From the NCBI GenBank assembly GCA_951813565.1, contig OX638351.1, positions 1,024,001 through 1,088,000 on the forward strand: DNA of 64,000 nt. Reading direction: 5' to 3'. Numbering within the stretch: position 1 is the stretch's first letter; the number at the start of each line of letters is the position of its first letter. Made by a program: the position numbers and the translations under genes. This document shows positions 57,976-64,000 of this stretch, piece after piece. The stretch is from an uncultured Poribacteria bacterium. Lineage in GTDB: Bacteria > Poribacteria > WGA-4E > WGA-3G. The notes below the pieces were generated by a model that ran no database searches, had not been told where the DNA came from, and saw only the letters and a program-made list of their open reading frames with translations.

Positions 57976-58794
57976 CTATTTATTTTCTTCTCCTTCAGTA
58001 TCTTCCTCTACTCTAAACGGTTCTGTCATCCACGATTCAAACGCGGCAGCATCCTCAAAAAATGAACGCATCAAGGCAAATTCAGTTGGCGTTGCTATTG
58101 CACATCGCAAATAACCTTCTTGTGTTCCGTAATTCAGCAAACGCCTACGCCATGCGTGGTGAAACACTTCGTTTTCCTCAATTATAAAAGTAGAAATAAT
58201 TCCCATCTTTACAATTTTAGTGGGTAATTCAGCAGTTCCAGAACCTTGATTCATTAAAGGGTCCACCAAATGCTTTTGTAGAATTTCTTTAAACTCCTTT
58301 CCATTATTTGCGGCATCTTTCCCTGTTTTGCTCCAATCACGTATTATGTAATAATAATCTATCCAGATTTCCTGTTCTGCTGGTTCTACTTCTGTTCCCA
58401 AAAAATTCTTAAGTCTATCCAGCACAACGTTTTTATGCGCGAATGTAGGCATTGCGGCGACATAAGCCAGAAAATCCGTATAGTCTTCCGCTTCTTGCCT
58501 TTTCATGTAAGTTAGGTAAGGTTCAGTGGACAATATAACTTCTAAATCCGCTGCACTTTGAGGTTCGGAAGTTTCTCCGCCATCTTCAAGCAGTTGGGAC
58601 AGAAGTTTTTCTTGTTCCGCACTTAGCGGTTCGTTTGCAAATTGTCTTAACGCGCGCTTATACTCAGCATGTTGTGCACCGATCTGTTGCATCTCTTGAA
58701 ACATATCAACAAAAATAGGGACCACAAAAACTAAAACACCTACCAGAAGCAGCACTCCTATACCGACAAGAATTAGACAAGTTGGTTTTTTCAT
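57976..58794 (-). CDS. Membrane-anchored helical hypothetical protein
   Basis: Single N-terminal TM. C-terminus resembles that of 62573-63730. Confidence 0.75.
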   Translation of the reverse strand: MKKPTCLILVGIGVLLLVGVLVFVVPIFVDMFQEMQQIGAQHAEYKRALRQFANEPLSAEQEKLLSQLLEDGGETSEPQSAADLEVILSTEPYLTYMKRQEAEDYTDFLAYVAAMPTFAHKNVVLDRLKNFLGTEVEPAEQEIWIDYYYIIRDWSKTGKDAANNGKEFKEILQKHLVDPLMNQGSGTAELPTKIVKMGIISTFIIEENEVFHHAWRRRLLNYGTQEGYLRCAIATPTEFALMRSFFEDAAAFESWMTEPFRVEEDTEGEENK

Positions 58795-58877
58795 TTGATA
58801 CCCCTTACGAGTTTTATCCTATCGTAGCATTTTTCAAAACAGATTGCAATCTTTATTGTAACGTGAGCAGGGTTATT

Positions 58878-59037
58878 TATAGTGAACTTTGAAATTATTG
58901 GGACACTTTGATAAACTTGTCTTGGAAAGATAATTGACAATAGAAGTTGTAGCACAAACTTTTAGTTTGTGCCTTATGAGACGCAAACTAAAAGTTTTCG
59001 CTACAGAAGTGTCCCATTAATTATAGGTTTTACTAGA
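58878..59037. mobile_element. MITE family D (uninterrupted copy)
   Basis: TATAGTGAACTTTGAAATTATTGGGACACTT...AAGTGTCCCATTAATTATAGGTTTTACTA. Confidence 0.8.
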
Positions 59038-59056
59038 GCGTATCTCATAAATCATT

Positions 59057-59350
59057 TGTAGGGCGAGGTCCCGGGGAATGCCATAAGGCATTCGGACCGT
59101 TGATTTGGTGCCTCGCCATCTCTCTCATAAGTGGAAACAATGGGCGGGCACAGGGACCCGCCCCATAGGTGTCAATTTAAGGATATATCCTCTTGTGGGA
59201 GTGAATCAACGCAGCATGCGCGTATGGCATGCTGCGTTGATTTGGATGAATGCCTACACGCGCATTCAGCGTTGATTTGGCAGCATGCCGGACGGGGAAT
59301 GCCATTTAGGCGTTCCCCGGATATGAATGCCATTTAGGCATTCCCCGTCT
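59057..59350. repeat. Cluster of GC-rich REP-like palindromes
   Basis: GAATGCCAT(T)TAGGCATTC-type units recur. Also GGGCGGGCACAGGGACCCGCCC and AATCAACGCAGCATGC..GCATGCTGCGTTGATT. Confidence 0.7.
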
Positions 59351-59411
59351 ACCACTTGTGCGTAAGTCCTGTTACATAATAGACATTCTAATGATTTAAT
59401 CTGCGTTGTGT

Positions 59412-59594
59412 TGTCAGAATCGCGGATTATCGCGGATTTATCGGATGACGCGGATTTTAAGAACTTTGTATCCGCACGTTCAACGGACGCATGGACGCCT
59501 TCTGTTATTGACCGGACATTATGAAAATGACTTGTTGTTATCAGTATCCAATAATCCGTGAAATCTGCGTCATCCGATAAATCCGCGATTCAGA
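59412..59594. repeat. CGGATT-rich inverted-end element
   Basis: GAATCGCGGATTATCGCGGATTTATCGGATGACGCGGATTT... and ...AAATCTGCGTCATCCGATAAATCCGCGATTC. Confidence 0.7.
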
Positions 59595-59689
59595 AAGTTG
59601 CGCGCGATGCCTCATCTACCCAACGGACAGACATAAGATTTTTCCGTAGATCGATAACTCACAATTAAAACGTTATAATGTCTAATATA

Positions 59690-61522
59690 TTACATCTGCC
59701 CTAATTCCAAAAATACTCCGAACATTTGGATAAGCTGCTTGAAGTCCCCAAGGGCAAGAAATATGTTCGCATCAATCCCATCATCCTGCACTTTTGCAGA
59801 AAAACCGAAGCTATAATTATCTGGAAAATTTGCAAACGTGACCGCAAACATCTGTATTGATGATGCACTATTCGGCTCCACCTTTGCTAACAAAGGTACG
59901 AAATTTTTTACTGCGATAATTGGGGAAACCGCCAAGAAAATGTTGTTGTCTGTTCCCAAACTTTCAACAAGATTTTGAAAACTTGGATTGGCAGAAAACT
60001 TCTCCACCATTCCTGCTTGCCTATCCAGTGCCATTTTAATAGATTCTGCACTGGTGCCTGTTGTCCAAAAAAGTTTGCCCTCTGAAAACGCGTAATACCA
60101 GTGCCATTCTGAGGGAATCAGCTCAGAGGCTTCAGGATACTTTTCTTGACCAGCTATTTTGAAATTGGGAAAAATGTAACTTTTAATCTCAACACCGTTG
60201 TACATTAATGGTTTACCAGCATAAGTATCATGATAGTGATGGAGTTTTTCCAGAAACAGACCATTCATTAAGTCTTTTGTGCTTTGTTCATCTCTCAATT
60301 CATAGATAAACAGAAAATCAGGTATAATGAAGTTCTCAAAATTCACAGAGACACTCCATTGGTCCGCCAGTGATTCATAAAAGCCTTCTACCTCTTGGAA
60401 AAGAGGATGCAAATGTTTCTGTTGTTCTGGTGGATCTTTAGGCAAAACATCAAACCAAAAAGTGCTGATCTCAACTAATAGGTCTGGGGTGCCTTGAAAA
60501 CTGCAGTTCAGTATGTAACTATTTGGCAGTTTGTCAAGGTTAGTTAAATCAGTAGAAGCCATTTTGAACCTATCCAAGAATTTGCTGTCGTTTCTGAACT
60601 TGAAAAACGGTTTGAGGTGGATATCCATATCCTGTACCTGTAGGGAGGCACTGACAAACTGCAACTGTTCAATTAATTTTGCCCACCCGCTAAGTGCATT
60701 TCCAAGGAGTGATGATGTTCCCATAGATAACGGATCATTTTCACCTTCAAGATTCTCTGTCATTGATTCCAGTTCCTCTTCCAGTGAACCATCAAGCTTG
60801 GTAGTGATAGTTTCAACGTCAAAGAGAACTCCCAACTGATCGATGCCTTTCAAAATATCGGTTATGAATATGTTGTAATCAGGGTTATGTGTGATCGCTT
60901 GTATCGTTCCGTTCTGAGTGTCAATGACGTTTTTACAGCCCTCCGAGTGTACTGAAAAGACGAGGATATTCTCCAATATAGCAAAATTTCCGCTACCTTC
61001 GTCAGAACTCCAGTAAGTCACACCTTTATATTCCATGGGAGCACTTCCTTCAGCTTCAGCAGCGATTACCTGTTTTATTGGATCAGGGTCTGTTAGATGC
61101 ACAACCGCTGAAACCTGCATCGGCGTCAAACTGGTGAAAAATACTGCAAAATCTTTGTTTAAATCAAGTCCAATCTCTTTCAAGTCCGCCAAACTTTGAA
61201 AGCCTACTCCAAAAGCATTTGCCAGAATTTTCGCGAGCAACTCTGCTTGCCCCAATTGCGGCAGCATTTCTGATGCCATTACATTAATCCTATGATTTAA
61301 TTCGTTTAAGCTGGGACAGTAAATAAGTCCTAAGGAATTTTTTGGAATTAAATGGAGAACACTATCTTTAGGAACATTGAGCGGCATTGCATCAGATTTT
61401 TGTACAGATACGTCTTTGGGAGCACGTTCAGATTCTGCTACAGCATCTACCAAAAAAACGGTGAATAATATTGTGCCTAAGAATGCTAACGTGATGACTA
61501 AGGGAAAACATCTTTTTTTCAT
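59690..61522 (-). CDS. Secreted hypothetical protein (DUF3352-like alpha/beta repeat)
   Basis: Signal peptide, LHLIP.NS, and two Y(K/N)GV internal repeats. Confidence 0.7.
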   Translation of the reverse strand: MKKRCFPLVITLAFLGTILFTVFLVDAVAESERAPKDVSVQKSDAMPLNVPKDSVLHLIPKNSLGLIYCPSLNELNHRINVMASEMLPQLGQAELLAKILANAFGVGFQSLADLKEIGLDLNKDFAVFFTSLTPMQVSAVVHLTDPDPIKQVIAAEAEGSAPMEYKGVTYWSSDEGSGNFAILENILVFSVHSEGCKNVIDTQNGTIQAITHNPDYNIFITDILKGIDQLGVLFDVETITTKLDGSLEEELESMTENLEGENDPLSMGTSSLLGNALSGWAKLIEQLQFVSASLQVQDMDIHLKPFFKFRNDSKFLDRFKMASTDLTNLDKLPNSYILNCSFQGTPDLLVEISTFWFDVLPKDPPEQQKHLHPLFQEVEGFYESLADQWSVSVNFENFIIPDFLFIYELRDEQSTKDLMNGLFLEKLHHYHDTYAGKPLMYNGVEIKSYIFPNFKIAGQEKYPEASELIPSEWHWYYAFSEGKLFWTTGTSAESIKMALDRQAGMVEKFSANPSFQNLVESLGTDNNIFLAVSPIIAVKNFVPLLAKVEPNSASSIQMFAVTFANFPDNYSFGFSAKVQDDGIDANIFLALGDFKQLIQMFGVFLELGQM

Positions 61523-61679
61523 TTTAATTTCTCCTTATGAATGAATAGCATGGCGTATTCACTCTGGATTTTGGATTGATTTCTATTACATAACCTATAA
61601 AGCAACGAAGGCATCAACAATTGCGAGACACAACGCTATATAGGAATAGTGTCTACCATAGAGACGACTCTCCATTTTC

Positions 61680-62423
61680 TCAAAACTTCGGTTCAAATCC
61701 ATGGGCACGAAGCTTCTCTAAATGCCTTTTCGCTCCTGCTTCTGAAGCAAATTTCTGTATCTCTTGTTTAAAAAGTTCAAGGACTTTGTCTATTACTTCC
61801 TCTTTGTCTATTGCTTCCTCTGAATATTCATATTCTTTTGATAGCAGATGTGCCTTTGCTGATTCAAAAAAATTAGGTGGCATTTCTTCAAGTACTTTAC
61901 CACTTCGGATGTTTTCAAAGTAAGCTTGCTGCTCTTCAGCAGAAAGAGAGTTTAAATGATTTGCAATTTCTTTATTTCGTATTTCTGAATGCTTCTTGAG
62001 TTCATTTATCCTAGCTTTAATTTCATTTAACTCGTTTCTGGCAGTCTCCAGATACTCTCTTTCCTTATCCATTTCCTCGGCACTTAAGTCTTTGTGATTA
62101 GAGTCATTAGACTTATCCGGATGATGTGTGTGTTGTTTTAGTTTTTCTGACACCAAAGGTAATGCTGTGTTTTTTGTGTCCTCACTGTCCGCATGTGTAT
62201 CAGTAGTGTCATCTCGAGAGATTTTCTGCCCTTGAGATGTCTCTACTGACGCAGCGTCTGGTGTTTCGTCCACTATTTTTTCGGATTCAGTTTTGTACAG
62301 CACGATAGAATCACCTGTGAGTTTAGGACGGACAGTGGTGAAATACCATGTTGACCACCCTATTATGACAATAAGAAACAGAAATCCTAAACTGAGAAAA
62401 AAGCGTTTCCATGTAAACATCAT
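61680..62423 (-). CDS. Membrane-anchored hypothetical protein
   Basis: AGAGGG SD before MMFTWKRFF, one TM, then a charged helical domain. Confidence 0.7.
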   Translation of the reverse strand: MMFTWKRFFLSLGFLFLIVIIGWSTWYFTTVRPKLTGDSIVLYKTESEKIVDETPDAASVETSQGQKISRDDTTDTHADSEDTKNTALPLVSEKLKQHTHHPDKSNDSNHKDLSAEEMDKEREYLETARNELNEIKARINELKKHSEIRNKEIANHLNSLSAEEQQAYFENIRSGKVLEEMPPNFFESAKAHLLSKEYEYSEEAIDKEEVIDKVLELFKQEIQKFASEAGAKRHLEKLRAHGFEPKF

Positions 62424-62572
62424 GTCCCTCTTTGGTTTTGAGACAACACTGTATGGTGAAAAATCAATGCTTGCCTCATGTTCAATTATAGTAGATTTAC
62501 AATTACGGTACACTTTGACTGCGTGCCTATAAGTTCATGTCTACTTATTTTACATATTACTATAAGTGCTTC

Positions 62573-63730
62573 TTAGGGTTTTGTTTCAGGCGGCACTGGT
62601 GGCGTAGGAGCTTTCGTTCCCGGTTCAGATAACCATGCCTCTATTTTGGCAGGCGTTCCAAACTGTTTCAGTAACCAATTGGCTGCATCTTTGTCGTTTT
62701 CAAGCAGATGCAGCATACCCGCATTAGTGCCGTGAAGCGATAGAGTCTCCCTAATAGCAGCTATTCGTGCAGGAGGTAGCGATGGAGATGCCCCTTCAGC
62801 GGGCAACGCCTTCGCCTCTCTATTTTTGTTCAAGAGCGTAGATAGAACATCAACAAGCTCACGCTGTGATTTCGCGTCTTGGGGAGTTTCTGTAGGTATT
62901 TTAGATTCTTGTGTGCCTACTTTGGTAAGAGAGTTTGTAAAATTGGACATGTCTTCAGGGACAGTATACTCAACACCTTCCATCTGTCCTGCAGCAATGA
63001 TTTCCCCTTTCATCCACTCTATTTGCTGACCAATTTTGCCTTGAAATTGTCCCATCGTCCACGCAGTATATTCCTGGTCTGTCGCGAGTTCCATCACGGT
63101 AGCCATCATTACTGTTTCAAAGTCACCGGGTGTTGAAGCAACTAATTCGTGAATTCGTTGTGCCATTTGCTGTTCATAATCCGCAGGTTCACCTTCAGGA
63201 AATTGCCTTCGGAAAACATCCATTGATATTTTAGAGAAATCCACCGTTCCTCCGAATGCAGGACCGAGAATATCATAAAGTTCCTGCATATCCATATCTG
63301 GCATTTTGTCGCCAGGTCCTAAGCCCTCAGAGTTTTCTGAAAACCAATTTTTTGCTGCTTGTTGAGCTTCCTCAAATTTGGCTAATTCTTCTGGACTCAT
63401 GGATGATTTTAGTTTGTCCAAGAGCTTCTGCGCGTTTTCAGCATTTTCAAAACCTTTAAAGTTTTCAAAGTCCTCCGAATTGAGGATTTCTTTGGCTTTC
63501 TCTATATCCATACCGAATATGGACTTTTCTGATCCGGACGTTTGAGATGTTGTTTCAGCAGCAATCGCTACATCTTCGGTTTCAGACACTTCAGTCGGTT
63601 CGGTAATTTCCTGAACCGATTCCGTTTTGATTACCGATTCGGTTTGCGGTTCTGATGATAGTAAAAACGCTACTCCAACGATCAAGATAAAGCATATACC
63701 CATTACAATGGGAAACAAACGATTTTTCAT
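62573..63730 (-). CDS. Membrane-anchored helical hypothetical protein
   Basis: AAGGAG SD, N-terminal TM, acidic linker and Pro-rich tail. Confidence 0.78.
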   Translation of the reverse strand: MKNRLFPIVMGICFILIVGVAFLLSSEPQTESVIKTESVQEITEPTEVSETEDVAIAAETTSQTSGSEKSIFGMDIEKAKEILNSEDFENFKGFENAENAQKLLDKLKSSMSPEELAKFEEAQQAAKNWFSENSEGLGPGDKMPDMDMQELYDILGPAFGGTVDFSKISMDVFRRQFPEGEPADYEQQMAQRIHELVASTPGDFETVMMATVMELATDQEYTAWTMGQFQGKIGQQIEWMKGEIIAAGQMEGVEYTVPEDMSNFTNSLTKVGTQESKIPTETPQDAKSQRELVDVLSTLLNKNREAKALPAEGASPSLPPARIAAIRETLSLHGTNAGMLHLLENDKDAANWLLKQFGTPAKIEAWLSEPGTKAPTPPVPPETKP

Positions 63731-63763
63731 GAGAAATCTCCTTTTTCAGTAAATAGTGTGAAA

Positions 63764-64000
63764 TTACCTATTTTGCTTTTCAATGGGGATATGGAACAAA
63801 CCGCGATTTTCGGTAGCAATATAAAACCGCCTGTTATGGATAACAAGCTTGAGAACCTGATCCGGAATTGCTTGCGAGATGAGTTCCCATTCTCCAAGAT
63901 CATCTAATTGGTATATTCCCGTATCGCAAGCACCATAAAGCTTTGTTCCATCAACAGCAAGACTGTCCATGACAACATTTGCTCCTGCACTATCAATTAT
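63764..64000 (-). CDS. 3' end of a beta-propeller protein paralogous to the ECF-BNR fusion (runs off the window)
   Basis: SLAVDGTKLYGACDTGIYQL..WE.I...IPD.V..LV....F..ATENRGLF aligns with the C-terminus of 39109-41928. Confidence 0.8.
   Translation of the reverse strand: MIDSAGANVVMDSLAVDGTKLYGACDTGIYQLDDLGEWELISQAIPDQVLKLVIHNRRFYIATENRGLFHIPIEKQNR

Noticed and set aside
58680..58794. PilC/GspF-like FVVPIFVDMF segment
   Set aside because: Only one short TM-adjacent motif matches, and the rest lacks T2SS-F domains.
59057..59594. Possible CRISPR array
   Set aside because: The repeats are irregular palindromes without constant-length spacers, and no cas genes are present.

Overview
Bacterial chromosomal window with roughly 40-45% GC by eye. 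The gene content suggests Candidatus Poribacteria, a sponge symbiont (inference): two PhyH dioxygenases, two sulfatases, Gfo/Idh/MocA enzymes, TPR/NHL/WD40/PD40 repeat proteins, ECF sigma factors fused to beta-propellers, and a C-terminal 'SVSPKGKL..WGKIK' tail. The housekeeping core is rimP-nusA-ylxR-infB-[orphan DNA methyltransferase]-DUF503-rbfA-nrnA-ribF, plus cca, mobA, queF and nusB. Accessory highlights: (1) a HigB-family mRNase gene split in-frame by an IS630 and coupled to a 661-aa protein carrying a HigA-like module followed by a long TPR array instead of an HTH; (2) two tandem RDD-PspA/IM30 (bacterial ESCRT-III) fusion genes; (3) a metal (probably Zn) scavenging island headed by a His-rich CxxC/RAPP leader ORF; (4) a decayed IS605/tnpB whose right end now supplies the N-terminus of a DedA/TVP38 gene; (5) several nested MITE families, one sharing ends with the IS630. 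No rRNA, tRNA or CRISPR array was seen.
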